Shown: positions 50,572 through 63,981 of the stretch, piece by piece
How the letters are laid out: every line of letters starts with the position of its first letter
How positions within the stretch are numbered: the first letter of the stretch is position 1
Assembly (NCBI GenBank): GCA_016906335.1
Contig: JADEYG010000007.1
Span: 2,108,001-2,172,000 of the forward strand
From: Novakomyces olei
Taxonomy: Eukaryota
Length of the DNA: 64,000 nt
Reading direction: 5' to 3'
The notes under the pieces: model-generated
Seen by the model: only the letters and a program-made list of their open reading frames with translations
What the model was told of the DNA's origin: nothing
Databases searched by the model: none
Made by a program: the position numbers and the translations under genes

Positions 50572-51488
50572 TCATTTTTTGGCCTTGGTGAAAGCAACAG
50601 TGCTGATAGTCTGGCCTTTGGACCCGCCAAACTCAAACTGTGGCCGGGGCACATGTGAATGTACGATAAATCCGTCTAAAAGTAATGTCAATAATTTTTT
50701 TTGAAAGCAATGCTGTTTGCATGCTAATTGAATCTGTGTAGTTGAAAATAAGCATAAAATATTGATAGGCTTGAAGCAACCGGCCCATCGAAAAAAAAAG
50801 CTAAACTCAAACGGAAACGATAGACAATATATATAGAGAACATACATTCACTGAACTTTCGTTCCAACTCTGCCTCTGTCCAATTACAGCTTGTAATAAG
50901 AAATACAGCATCGTCAGACATGCAAGCATATACACGTTCCGGGTAAATTTCCGCTGGATTATACTGTGTCTCATCTTTATCCTTTGATAAGCAAATAGCA
51001 TCATAAGTGCCTTTGTCAAGCACAAGATCGAATTTCTGAGTTTTTATTGGTAGTTGGCCGCTAATAAAATCGCATTGCTTCACGGAAATGCTATCGGAGA
51101 GCCCATGATCTCGAACAAAGCTCTGTGCCAGCTGAACTGCAGGCGCAGAATAATCGATCCCCCAAAAATCAGCTTCTAGTGGAAGCGCTCCTGATTGCCG
51201 TAGGGCTACTAATAAATGTGCGTTTCCAGTTCCAATATCAAGGACATTATTAAACTCAAACTCGTTTGCATGATCCAGCACCCAATCGCAAATTTCCTCC
51301 TCAGAATTTTCACCAAACCAAACTTCGCCGGGACTACCACAATGCTCAAACCTATCGTATTCGGCCGCGTACCTTTCGTCCCAGCTATTGCGCATTGTGA
51401 GTACACCATCATACCAACTTGTCACAAAGACGACAACTTACAAAGATTGACTACCGAGCCGAGATGCGTCAAACTCTACCGTTTCCAT
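50572..51488 (-). CDS. EFM4: EF1A lysine methyltransferase Efm4/See1, two introns
   Basis: SRLGSQSFWDERY, GEVWFG, VLDIGTGN, IDYS, LDKGTYDAI, ITSCNWT, FEFGG. Confidence 0.93.
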
Positions 51489-51552
51489 CACCGACTATGT
51501 CTAGTTCCAGCGCCAGGTGTAATATTAGATCAGATTAGATAAGATCGAGATA

Positions 51553-51569
51553 TAAACCCTAAACCTAAC
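51553..51569. promoter_or_regulatory. AAACCCTA box in the EFM4/IPP1 divergent promoter
   Basis: taaaccctaaacctaac. Confidence 0.5.
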
Positions 51570-51817
51570 TCCGACAAGCAGCCACTGTGCATTGCTTCCA
51601 GTACGAAAAACTACGAATATTAAACAAGTCACATAAGCCACTACCATTAAGTCACACAAGTGTAAAGAACGTTCAGATTTAGCAGTCGATTCTGTTTGCA
51701 AAATTTAAACAAGCAAAAACGTCTTGTACAATTGTGCTCCGAACCGCGCTTTTAGTGCGACATTTAACCCGCCCACGTTTTAACTGTTTCCATACGTCCC
51801 CTTTCGTATCAGCAGCG

Positions 51818-53059
51818 ATGTCTTCTTCTTCTCTTTTGCCGTTGTCCGAGTACAAAACCCGTGTGATTGGCGCCGCCAACACTCTGGACTACCGCATTTA
51901 CTTGGAGAAAGAAGGCAAGCCAATTTCTTTCATCCATGATCTGCCGTTGTACGCAAATGCGGAAAAGACCATTTTGAATATGGTCGTGGAAATTCCACGC
52001 TGGTCTCAGGCTAAACAGGAGCTGAGCAAAGAAGAACCGCTGAACCCGATCAAGCAGGATACAAAGAAGGGCAAATTGCGATTTGGTACGTCTCTGATCG
52101 ATCGACTTTGCAATTAACAATAGTGCGAAACTGCTTCCCTCATCACGGATATATTTGGAACTATGGAGCGTATGTACCGGTTCACAATTTATTATTTTGT
52201 TTACCCCTTATATCTCATTAAGCTTGGTGGCGGCCGACTGTTGATAGTTGATCAGCGGATTCGCTCTACACTAGAAAGATTCCAGTACCTTTATTTTGAA
52301 CTTGTCTCCTCGGTCACTACTTTCCGTAGGGGAACCAAAATCCGATCGCGACTTTGTTTGAATCTTTTGTCCATTATTCCTTATTGTCCTGATTATGCTC
52401 TTATTTACAATTCTCTATTTCGAGCATGTTACTCACCCGCAGTCTGCCTCAAACCTTTGAGGACCCACACACAGTGCACCCTGAGACCAAAGCCAAGGGC
52501 GACAATGATCCCTTGGATGTGTGCGAGATCGGCGAGGAACGTGGCTACCCAGGCCAGATCAAGCAGGTCAAGGTCCTTGGCACAATGGCCCTATTGGACG
52601 AGGGCGAGACGGACTGGAAGATTATTGCTATTGATGTCCGTGATCCATTGGCTCCCAAGCTCAACAACATCGAGGATGTTGAGCGCCATATGCCGGGCTT
52701 GTTACGTGCCTCTAACGAGTGGTTCCGTGTATGTTTTAATGCTTTAATTATCCTTCGTATTAACAATCAAGATTTATAAAATTCCGGATGGCAAGCCAGA
52801 AAACACTTTTGCCTTCTCTGGGGAGTGCAAGAATAAGGCGTATGCCTTGGAGGTCGTGCACGAGTGCGCAGAGGCCTGGGAGCGTCTGGTGACCGGCAAG
52901 TCTGATGCTGGAGCAACCTCGATTGTCAACACGACTATGCCCAATACTCCAGGCTATACGACAGATACTTCCTTCGTGCCTCCTGCCCACGAGTTGCCGG
53001 ATGCGCCTGTGGACCCCAGCATCCACAAATGGTTTTACATTTCTGGCTCGCCTGCGTAA
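51818..53059 (+). CDS. IPP1: Inorganic pyrophosphatase, three introns; possible upstream non-AUG extension
   Basis: [59 protein letters not shown]. Confidence 0.97.
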
Positions 53060-53482
53060 GCAACACTCTATACTCTAGACAAATGACGGACGATACGAGG
53101 CTTTGCTATTGATTTATTGATCAGTTGAGTAGTCGTTTGTGTGTTCAAAATAATTTATTTCAGGGTCTAGTATTACTTTTTCTCCCTAACTGTAGTTTAC
53201 GAGATTATTCATCTGCCTTTACGCTCCGCCTTTACGCTCTGTCGCATTATTCAAATAAATATACATAAATGGCCGCATTAGAAAAAGTATTCTGATAGTG
53301 CAGTATATTTTTGTATACATTTTATTACATACATTTATTTAAGTTTGCTTATAACCTATACTTGTGTCCACCGTGCACAAATATGATTATTGCAAATAAT
53401 ATGGTCGGTATTGATAAATCTGCTAAACAATTTATTCGATTTTTACATCAAACATCAAAAACATTTTGACCAGAGCGAAATA

Positions 53483-54340
53483 ATGCCACGGCCATTATGT
53501 ACGGCATTGGCCCGTCTGAGTATCGGAAGCGGGCGAGAATTTTGCAATGCCGAGTACGCTGTACTGAACAGGTCGCGCGCCGATCAGCGACGGAGTCAAA
53601 GCGTGGCTCACAGTGTGGCAGAACAGCCGAAAGACGACCGGCGGGGCCGTTTGACCAATCCTCATTTTTTGCCTAGACCTCTTTCGCCCATTAAATACGC
53701 TGCTGCCGTCCGTGCTACAGTACCCAATGACCATCCACTGTATGGGCTATTTTATACGCGCGAGACGTCCCTCCCAGACCCGCAAGAATATGCGCGCCAC
53801 GGTATACTAAACGTCTTTTTGATCATTGCTAATGTAAGGCCGTGGATGGACGGTTAATGAGCTTCGGAAAAAGTCGTTTGATGACTTGCATACTTTGTGG
53901 TGGCTCTGTATCAAAGAAATTAATATTCACAATACTTTTTACCGTGAGCTGAACCGTGTTGGCGGATCGACCTTGGGCTTTAGGTCACGATTGAAGACGG
54001 TAAGTCTGTACCGCAAAATATTCACGTCTCGTACAATGTTTGAATTAATTTAAATACACAATTTCCTTTACCTTTATTGATCAACCGTCTAATTTTCCAG
54101 GCAAAGGGAAACATGCGAAAGATCAAGTTCACTCTTTGGGAGCGCTACCGAGCTTGGCAGGCTGCAGTGGATCTTGCAAAGGCAGAAGGGACTCCATTAC
54201 CGACTGAGCAATCTTTTATTGAGCCTGAAACTACACCCGAGGCAAATGCGACAGAAGCTACTGAGCCTTTGAATACCTCTGCACCTGGCCCGGAAGCACC
54301 CGTAGCGGAGCATTCCCCGGAAGCTTCTTCTACCCGTTAA
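53483..54340 (+). CDS. MRPL4: Mitochondrial ribosomal protein uL29m, two introns
   Basis: DHPLYGLF, GRGWTVNELRKKSFDDLHTLWW.C.KE, M.KIKFTLWERYRAW. Confidence 0.9.
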
Positions 54341-54685
54341 ATTCCAGCACTCGGCATTAATGATACTATTCTATTAACAAAAATTGTGATATCTTTTCTA
54401 TACGCTACTTTATAAATCCAGCCTCTTCTGTTATCCCACCGCTACTTTGTTATGAGCATGATTGGTGTTTACTAGCAGCGTTAGCGGCGCGTCTCATTTT
54501 CGAATAACTCCAAGCCGGCTTTGCAGGTTACGATTTTAAAGTGTAATTATACAAACTTTTAAACAGTTTGTATGCGCCATTGCTTTTTCTGCGTCCTGTA
54601 CCATGGAAACACTTACAGATTTTGTTTATATATAAATACTCAAGATTCAAATGTATTTAACATTAAATACATTATAATGTGTTTA

Positions 54686-55561
54686 TCATGCGTTTTCAGA
54701 AACGACAGCAGTTTTGTTATAGCCTGGCGCATCCTCTGGACGTCTCCATTCATCTGGAAATTTAATGTTACGCCGTCTCCGTGACTTCACATGCCGCTGA
54801 TCGAGGGGTAGATCCTTTAAATCTGCGTTCTCCGGTTTCTGACATTAGCTTTCTACGTCCCCTAGAAAAGCCAAAAAAAAATATAAAAAATACAAAAATA
54901 CAAAAATATAAAAATAAAAAAATAAAAAAATAAAAAAAATAAAAAAAATAAAAGAAATAAAAAAACAGAGCTAGAGCAATAACTGTACCTTTGCCTCCTG
55001 TATCAACCGTTTAAGGGCGCCAAAGATTTCCTCACGATTTACATTAGGATCGGCATGCCGTCCCAACGACATTTTAAATTCATCACTGGGTGCATGGTAC
55101 CGTGTCCCGGCGATAATACGGAATATACGCAGTTCCTCCTCATTAAGCCCAAGATCGCGTGTTTTGCACGTAAGCACTGCTTTGCTGTTGGCCTCGTGGT
55201 CTTCCTCGCCGAGGTGAATAGTGTACCGTAACTCTAAACAAGCATTCTCCGCCGGACTATATTTCTCAGCAAACTCGGCCAGTTGCGGTAGTTCCCAGGC
55301 CATTTTCCGGTACATTGAGCGCACAGTGCGATGCTCCTCTAACTGCTCCGCCATTACGGACGTCATGTTGCGCCAATCGTGTGTGGGCGGCCGCTGAGGC
55401 TCAGAAAGATCTACCGTTTGCTCAATGAATCCAGGCGTAACATCTCCAGCAGCCACTGCCGCTGCAGCAGCTGGTGGGGGCACAGTGGGGGTTCGGCCAT
55501 TACTGATCGACCGGACGCTGCTGCCGGCGCGGAGCACACGCACCAGGCCTCGATGGACCAT
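54686..55561 (-). CDS. RSM24: Mitochondrial ribosomal protein mS35, one intron
   Basis: EHRTVRSMYRKMAWELPQL, LRYT..LGE..H...K, AGTRY, DLPLDQRH...FPDEW. Confidence 0.9.
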
Positions 55562-55660
55562 GGCAATAGCAGTCTGGATTGGCAACAATAATATTAAAAA
55601 ATTGTGTAGTCTACCGACAAGACTGGACTTGATTTTAAATGAAAATAACAAGCTTGTATA

Positions 55661-55701
55661 GTAGGGTTAATGAATGTATAATGAGATATAATAGGGTTTA
55701 G
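55661..55701. promoter_or_regulatory. Two TAGGGTT boxes in the RSM24/GUP1 divergent promoter
   Basis: gtagggttaa ... atagggtttag. Confidence 0.5.
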
Positions 55702-55847
55702 AAAGAACAAACTAAAACAATAATAATAATTATTAAAACACGTCAAATATTCATCAACGCCTAATATTAACCCCAAACATAAAGTACCAAAATATACAGT
55801 TTCGTGTTGCCTTTCCATTTCACTTGTCTGTCTGCAATGGCCTCGCA

Positions 55848-58067
55848 ATGAACGTTCTGAGCGATATTTTCAGCCTCGACACGCTCGACGGCGTCAATCG
55901 CCACTCTGTGCAATCAGACGCGGTGGCAGTTCCCCTGCACCGTCGAATTGAGCGCGCAGTATGGACCGTGTCGCTCGTGACTATTGTGCCCGCAATGGTC
56001 TATTGCGCTATTACAACTTGTTCTGGTAGCTCAGCATCTCACAGTGTATGCGTCTAACACGGCAGAGTCGAATCCTAATTACTCTAAATTTTCAAAATTG
56101 CTGGAACCCGGCTGGATCCCTGGCCGAATGGTGGTAGGCTGGCTCCTGTCGCTCGCTTTGCTAATTTTTCTAGGACAACAGTGACGTACAGTACTCTAAT
56201 GTTCGGGACAATGTGGCCTACCTGCTCGCCGTTGCTGCCATACATTTGCTCGGTCGCCGGGTTTACGAGCACTTTTGCCGGCCACGTGACTCGCTGTTGC
56301 GAAGACGGCGAGCGTATGATTTAGTGGCAAACACTGTGCTCATCGTCGGGCTGCACGGGGCAAGCAGTATTAAACTCGTCCTTATTTTGCTGGCAAATTA
56401 TGCGATCGCCAGATACCTCCACGGCCGTTCAATGCTCGTGCTTACGTGGACGTTTAACATTGGCCTGCTGTTTCTAAACGAGGCGTACAGCGGGTACAGG
56501 TTTTCTGCTTTGTCGCCCGCTCTGAGTGTCTTGGTAAGACTTTGAGCGTTTTAATGCAGAATCAAAACATTAATCGTTTTTTTTTGATTATGCCGTCTAA
56601 CATCCAGGATCATTGCACAGGCCTGTTACCGCGATGGCAAGTCAATTTCAATTTTACAATGCTACGGATCATTTCGTTCAACGTGGACTACTACTTTGCA
56701 CGCGTTGCGCCTCCAGCAGCACAGTTTCCTTTGGTACTATATTATTGGGCTACTTTAATTTTCCCTTTTGAATTTTCATTTCTTTCCAATGTTAATGTAT
56801 AGCCACAATCAAAATCGTGGAAACGCAAGTCTGCAGACCAGCAAAATACAGAGGAGCAGGCCACTGAAGCATCCGAGCCTGTGCTTTCAGTACTGCAGAG
56901 ACAAGAACTGAGTCACAGTGTGCAAGAGTATGAGGATTTCGCAAACATGTACGCCTACGTGTTTTATTGCCCACTGTACCTGGCCGGCCCTATTATAACG
57001 TTCAACAGCTGGCTCTCACAATACTATGAGCCGGTTTATATAGCACCAGGCCAGATTGTACGGTACGCCTTGAGGTTCGTGATATGCTACTTGACCATGG
57101 AGGTGATGCTGCACTATATATACGTCGTTGCCATTTCCAAGACTCAGGCTTGGGAGAGCGATACTCCGTTTCAAATCTGCATGATTGGGTTTTTCAACCT
57201 GCACATCATTTGGCTCAAAGTATGTGTCACGTATAACTAATGTTGATAATAAATCATTTATTCAATACTAACATTTTAGCTATTAATTCCGTGGCGGTAC
57301 TTTCGTTTATGGGCTATGCTCGATGGCGTTGAGACACCAGAGAATATGATTCGATGCATGAGCAACAACTACTCGGCTCTCAGCTTCTGGCGTGCTTGGC
57401 ATCGCAGCTTTAATCGATGGATCATCCGATACGTATACGTTCCACTAGGGGGGTCTTCACGGCCTTTACTCAACATGCTGATCGTATTCACGTTTGTAGC
57501 TATATGGCATGATATCCATTTGCGTCTGCTCATATGGGGCTGGCTCATCACGCTATTTGTTATACCAGAAATTGCTGCAAAGGCAGTGTTTCCGGAAAAA
57601 AAGGTTTGTACCTCTACGAAATTTTATTTTCATTTTGGTTTTGGTTTTGGTTTTATTTCTATTTATTTTGTATCTAATTTATAATTTTTGCGTTTTGTTG
57701 CAAAAGCATTCACAATCATCTGTTCAATCATAATGATTATCTATTTTTTCCCGTTCATTTTCTAACATTATCAGTATGGTGGCAGCCTTTGGTACCGCTA
57801 TTTTAGTGCTTCAGGTTCAGTATTAGTCATCCTTATGATGATGGCGGCAAATCTCGTGGGGTTTGTAGTTGGGCTCGACGGATTTAAGGATATGTGCACG
57901 GCGCTTTTCAGTTCCTACAAAGGTAAAAGTCTCAAATACTGCTTTCTGCTAACGCTTCAGGCTGGTCTGCACTGTTGATGATTTATTTCACCTTGATGCA
58001 GGGTGTGCTGATAATGTACCATGTGCGAGAGCAAGAACAGCTCAGGGGCATTAACCTACGCTGCTAA
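55848..58067 (+). CDS. GUP1: MBOAT O-acyltransferase Gup1, about 7 introns
   Basis: [83 protein letters not shown]. Confidence 0.94.
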
Positions 58068-58316
58068 AAGTGCTGTCAGCGAGATATAAGAGTACCCATC
58101 GCCTCTGCTCCAGATTGTAATGGCACTGCTGTCCGTTTGGATACCTTGTCGATTACTTTTTTTGCATCCATTTTCTGCAAATCCTTTAATTTCTATTTAT
58201 TATTAAAAAACTTTTATAATAATTGCATCAATCCTCTATAGAATGGAAAATAATACATATTAATCTGCACATCACGTTCGATTCATCCTCCAGGGTATAC
58301 AGTGCAAAGCACAGTG

Positions 58317-59777
58317 TCATAATAAAATATCGAAAAACCCATTTGACTCGCCAACGTCGTCGCGTCCAAAGACCTGTTCCTCACTGGCCGCAATTAACCC
58401 CACACCCACCTCACGCGCTTGCTCTAAAACCTCTAAAAAAGCTTCAGGTGCAATTCCTTTTACATATTTGTTTGCAATTTCCAATCGTTGTAGCCGAGAA
58501 AAGCAGATGCGTCCCTGTACATCGACGCCGACGGCAAATACATTTTCTGCTACAGCTAATTCATCGGCACTTGGGTCCACGATACAATGAGACCCGCACC
58601 GGGCAATCAGGATAATTACTGGGGCATATTTTTCAATAGCCGACAAAGGCACGGCATTAGCCCAGTCATCATCAATCTCAAAGTCCTCAGCGTCAGCTGT
58701 TCGCGTACCCTGACCTGAAGCCAGATTATGTGCTTCAGACTGGACCGAGGCCAGAGTAGAGTGCGGCACTCGTGCACACCGTAAAGCCAGACGCAGAGCC
58801 AAAGCCAAAGCTGGTAAAGGCGACTCGCCCTGTCCACATCGTAAGAGCACCGCGTCCACATAGATGCGCCAGCATTTGCTCGCTGATAAACGCAATTCGG
58901 CACGCGGTATTTGGTCCACCAGGGTTTGCAGTGTGTTTTCTATATCTGCCAAAGCAGGATCGTCGTCACGCGAAAAGCCGCTGTCTGAAGGAGATCTGCA
59001 ATTAGCACGTCTCTTTATGAAATGAGATTAACGAAAGACAACAGGGCGAGTCGGCAGCAAGAAAAAAAAGAAAGAAGAAATAACAAATAGGAAAGCCAGT
59101 TTAAGGGAAATGAATATTAAAAGTTTGTATATCCACTCGAGCATTGCCATTTGAGAATAGAACGGCAAACAATACATTAAAAATTAAATTGAGTAAAATA
59201 TAATCAAATTAAATAACATTAAATCAAACAAAATCAAATAAAATCAAATAAAATCAAATAAAAAAAAAATAAAAAAAAAATAAAAAAAATAAAAAAAAAA
59301 AAAAAAATAAAATAAAATAAAATAAAATAAAATAAAATAAAATAAAATAAAATAAAATAAAATAAAATAAAATAAAATAAAATAAAATAAAATAAAATTA
59401 AATTAAATCAAATCAAATTAAATAAAATAAAATTAAATAAAATAAAATTAAATTGAAAAGTATAAAAGATCAACAAATAGACAAGCAGGCAAAGCCAAAA
59501 TCAAAGTGGTCAAGCACGCATACACGTCAAACGTCACACGGTACGCGCCTGGCGTATCGTCAGTGTACGGGACTATCTGAGCGGTTACGCCGACAACACA
59601 CTCTACAGCGTCCCCCCAAGCAAGGCGAACCGAGCCATTGGCTGACTCTACGATATTGCGCTGAGCACTTAGCGCGCGTAAAGCAGCCAATGGCCGTCCG
59701 TCTGGCCTTAAAGGTGTTTCACGTGCAGCGAGAGCATTGTGCACATAATCTGCCTGCGCTGCAGACAGCGCTGCCAT
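58317..59777 (-). CDS. RRP42: Exosome RNase PH-ring subunit Rrp42, one long intron
   Basis: LSAAQADYV...LRPDGR...ANGSVRL; WRIYVDAVLL; DFEIDDDW; VDPSADE. Confidence 0.85.
59220..59455. repeat. (AAAAT)n / poly-A tract in the RRP42 intron
   Basis: Direct reading. Confidence 0.95.
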
Positions 59778-60049
59778 CGAGACGACTAAAGTTGCCGAGT
59801 TGAATTTATTTTAAACATAATATTAGTCGTGAATATTATGGAATTAATATCGACAAAACATGGACATAATATGGACACAATATGGACAAAACATGGACAT
59901 AATATGAACATAATATGGACATAATATAAACATTATTTACGATACGTATACGCCAATTTGATAAACCACACGTTACGCGGCAAAGAGCTGCCATTGCGAG
60001 AATGAATACGCGAGCGACGGTGATGTTTCGAGCTTAGCGCACAAAGCAA

Positions 60050-61438
60050 ATGGCAAACATCTTATCGGACAAGCAAACACGCGATCTGTATGTGGCCATT
60101 GTTGTATGAGACTGACGCATTTAGGCGGTGCGCGTTACTCGCCTATTTTGAGGCCAATGGCTTGCAAAACGCGCTGAACGGGTTACAGCAGGATTTACGT
60201 GAAGCAAATGCCCACATTTCTGGGATGGAAATTGCCGCCGCCAGTGGACTGCTCGAGAAAAAATGGTCCGGTATTGTTCGCCTACAAAAAAGGGTACGGC
60301 TTATGGATCAAGATCAAGATCAAGATCAAGATCAAGATCAAGATCAAGATCGAGTGCTGCAGTATTTGCGTTTACGTCTTTTCTCCATCCACAATTTTTA
60401 CTGACGATTGCCCCACGCTAGATTTTCGAGCTGGAAGCACAATTGGCCTCTGCACAAGCACAGGTGGCTGCTGCCCCCACTGCGACAGCGAACCCTGCTG
60501 AATGGCTGCCTTCAGGCGAGACAAGGCGGTTAGTAGGGCATAAACTATCAGTCGCAGCAGTCGCCTTCCACCCCAAACTCTGTGTACTGGCGAGCGGATC
60601 AGAGGACACGACTGTACGCGTATGGGACTTGGATACAGGAAACCCTGACTACACGCTAAAGGGCCATTTGCGTGGAGTCACGTGCGTGGACTACTCGCCC
60701 AGTGGGACCCTACTCGCCAGCTGTTCAGCGGATATGACGGTAAAGTTATGGGACCCACAGCGGGGCTATGCAAACACCCGCACCCTCTACGGCCACCGGC
60801 ACTCTGTGAGTCATGTAAGGTTCAGCCCGACACGGGAAACCATAGTGTACAGCTGTTCAAGGGACGAAAGTATACGTGTATGGGACACGCAAAGGGGCGT
60901 ATGCTTACGCGTCATTTCTGGCGCTCATTCAGGCTGTGTAAAAGTCATTGAGCCGAGTGCGGATGGCCGAGTGCTTGTCTCTGGCGGCACTGACGGTCTC
61001 GTTAAAGTATGGAGCTGTATAGACTTTTCCGAGATGGGTACGCTACAGGGCCATACAAATGTAGTAGAGTGCATAGCTTTTGCCCCAGGCTCAAGGACTA
61101 TTGTCGCCACCGGGTCCAGGGACAAGACAATCCGGCTCTGGGATTTGGCTCAGGGCCAGGCTCGGCAGGTGCTTGCCGGCCATGATAACTGGGTGCGTGG
61201 GCTCGCCTTCCACGCTTACAACTCCAAGCGCTTGTTTAGCTGTGGCGACGATAAAACTGTACGCGTATGGGACCTTGAGGACGAGGGAGGCCGCTGCTGC
61301 AAGACGCTGACGCATGTACATTGCCAATTTGTTAATACTCTGCGTTGGAATACGGCAGCTGCACCGGACTCGGAGACGAGTGTTGGGCGGTATTTTTTAG
61401 CGTCTGCCAGTGTTGACCGCACTATTTGTATTTATTAA
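60050..61438 (+). CDS. PAC1: LIS1/Pac1/NudF dynein regulator, two introns
   Basis: LisH (LSDKQTRDL..ALLAYF), LLEKKWSGIVRLQKR|IFELE coiled coil, WD40 repeats including GHDNWVRGLAFH. Confidence 0.93.
60306..60350. repeat. (GATCAA)n in LIS1 intron 2
   Basis: Direct reading. Confidence 0.95.
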
Positions 61439-61535
61439 TCCGCTACTTGCCAGGTGTACTGTACATACGGGGTTTAGATTGTCTGTGAAATTGCATTAAT
61501 ATATACAGGTACATGACAAAGCCATGCCCATTAAA

Positions 61536-63170
61536 TCATGTGTCTGCCTCCACGTGCCGCGCCTGCTTGTACTGCCGCCAGGCTAAACCGTAGCGTATAA
61601 TCAGCAGCTGTAGCACTGCAGCCATAGCCACCAGGACGGCGTATATTGTGACGGTCCAGCCAACATTGATGGCGTTTATTATGGGCAGTGTGGCGGCTGA
61701 TCCAGCGGCACCGAGTAGGCATCGCGAAAGATTATTAGCAGCAGTAGCAGCGGCAGCAGAAGAACGATTCAAATCTACCAGCAGGAGGTTGAGAATGCTG
61801 ATATTAGCAGTGATAACAAAACCACAGAAAAACAAAAGTACACATATAACAGCAATGTGTGCCGTTATCTCCATCATCCACCCAAAAAGCAGCAAAAAAC
61901 AAAAACTGGCTACCGTGTAAGGCATACTTATTTGCAGACGAGCCATCTCTATAGGCAACTTGGATATATCCTCCAGCATATTAGGCACAATAACAACCCC
62001 ATGACGTTTGGCGACACGCGCAAAATTCCAATCTAGTAAAGGCCCGGAGCACCATCGAGAGGCAATCGATCCGACTCCGATGGGGATAAAGCACAGGCCA
62101 ACGTCGAGCGTATTATAGTGGTACCGGCGCTCTAACAGTGTTGGAAGACACGTCATTACTCCGTAAAAGCCAGCCGACAAGAGCCCTCCGTAGAGCAATA
62201 GGCAAAAACATTCAGGTTCAACGAGTATTCTAAACGAGCTTAGAATATCGAGCCGGTGACGGTTAGCGCCGCTAATTTCCGTCGTTGATTGAACAGCTTT
62301 TTCTCTCATATTGTTTCTATGAATAATCGTACTCGCGCTCTGCAAATACCAGTGCGGGGGCATTACAGATCCGTCTGCCACCACGTTTCGGCACGTTTCC
62401 GGTAGGGTTACAAGCATAATTGCAAACATTACACATCCAAAAATTAAAAGAAAATAAAACACAGCTCGCCAGCCAAGAAATCGATCAAGTAAGCCACCGA
62501 TAATGGGCCCAAGGGCGGGTCCGAGAGTGATCCCCGTGGAGGCAAGAACCATGAAACGGCCACGTTCTGCGCGTGTGACTAGATCAGCCACAATTGCACT
62601 GCTAAGGGCAATTGTTCCACTGCTTCCAAAGCTCTGTAAGCAGCGGAGCGTAATAAGAGCTGCATAATTTGTCTGTAAAGCCAGGCCGATGTTTGCACAT
62701 ATAAAGGGGATAAAGCAAAACATATACGCTAATCGGCGGCCATAATGATCGGAGAAAGCAGCGGTAATTGAGGGCGCAAGACCTTGAACTACCTGAACGG
62801 TAAGAACGATAGAACACTTGTAACAAGAACTAATCAAAAACAATATATAAAATAAAATAAATAAAAATAAATAATATAAAATAAAATAAAATAAAATAAA
62901 ATATAGCAACGTTCTCAAGACCATTGTCAGAGAACCGTCAATTCATACCATAAAAGAGGTGACGGACAAATTGATCAGCGACGGAGACACATGCAAGTCG
63001 CGCGACAGTGTGCCGATACTGGGAAAGTATACGGTCGAAGCTAAAGGGGACACGAGGGCGAGAAATGACGAGAGGAGAATCGTATAGCGTTTAAGACCGG
63101 GAGAGAAAACAGAGTAAGCATTTGCCACAGGCTCTTCGGCGGCAGTGGTCCGTGATTTGCTAGTAGACAT
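61536..63170 (-). CDS. MFS DHA1 drug:H+ antiporter (Qdr-like), one intron
   Basis: YSVFS, SPLASTVYFPSI, INLSVT, SDHYGRR, LRCLQSFGSS, ERG, GPALGPIIGG, LPETCR.VV.DGS. Confidence 0.9.
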
Positions 63171-63449
63171 GTACGAGAGCCATACGAGGCGACTTTTAAA
63201 CGCGCCCGCCGAGTCGGATTGGCTTTGCTGACGAAGAGTAAGCAAAAACGTATATCTATCGCGATCAATATGATTGATTATTAATTTGCTACAAACCGTC
63301 TATAGTACGGAATATGGGGAGAGTCGCTGCGTAAATGACACAGATAAGGATAAATTAAATGTAATTTACGCGTGTGTACATTATATAAACATATAAATAT
63401 AAATATAAATAAACATCTAGTTATATGACCGTACAGACGACAAATCCCA

Positions 63450-63981
63450 CTAGAGTGCCGACACTGCTTCGTCAATTTCACCCGATAAACTCTTCAAAGC
63501 TTTCCATTGATCAAGGCTGGTTGTAAGCGCATATAGTAAAATTGCAGTTATATTACGTGAGGGAAATGCCCTTCTGGGTGGGCTTCCATGTTCCTTGAGC
63601 ATCGTAAAACTCACGTACGGACACGAGTATGCTTTGCTTGAACTTGCTCACTTGGACGCGTCGCTGGTTGCGTCCCGAGCTCAGCTAATGCATTATTAGT
63701 GCAAGTATGCAGCAGCGCAAACTTACAATCCAATAGGACGACCCATCGCTCTCTTTATGCTTTTCCGGTACGGCTGCCGGCTCTACTTTAGCCCGCTTTT
63801 TCTAGACGCGTCTCTCAGTTCAGTGCACTTTTAATGTACTATGCTGCAATAGCCATACGTCATTGTCCGGCTCAGCACCTGATGCTACACTCTCCTTGCT
63901 TTTGGCTGTCTCCGGAGCAGTCTCCGGGCCGCTTTCGTCGTCTTCGTTTACAATTTCGTCTGACAATGGGCCGCGCTTCAT
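63450..63981 (-). CDS. SUB1: Transcriptional coactivator Sub1/PC4, three introns (absent from the ORF track)
   Basis: Spliced reading ...SYWI|LSSGRNQRRVQVSKFKQSILVSVREFYDAQGTWKPTQKGISLT|LDQWKALK... Confidence 0.88.
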
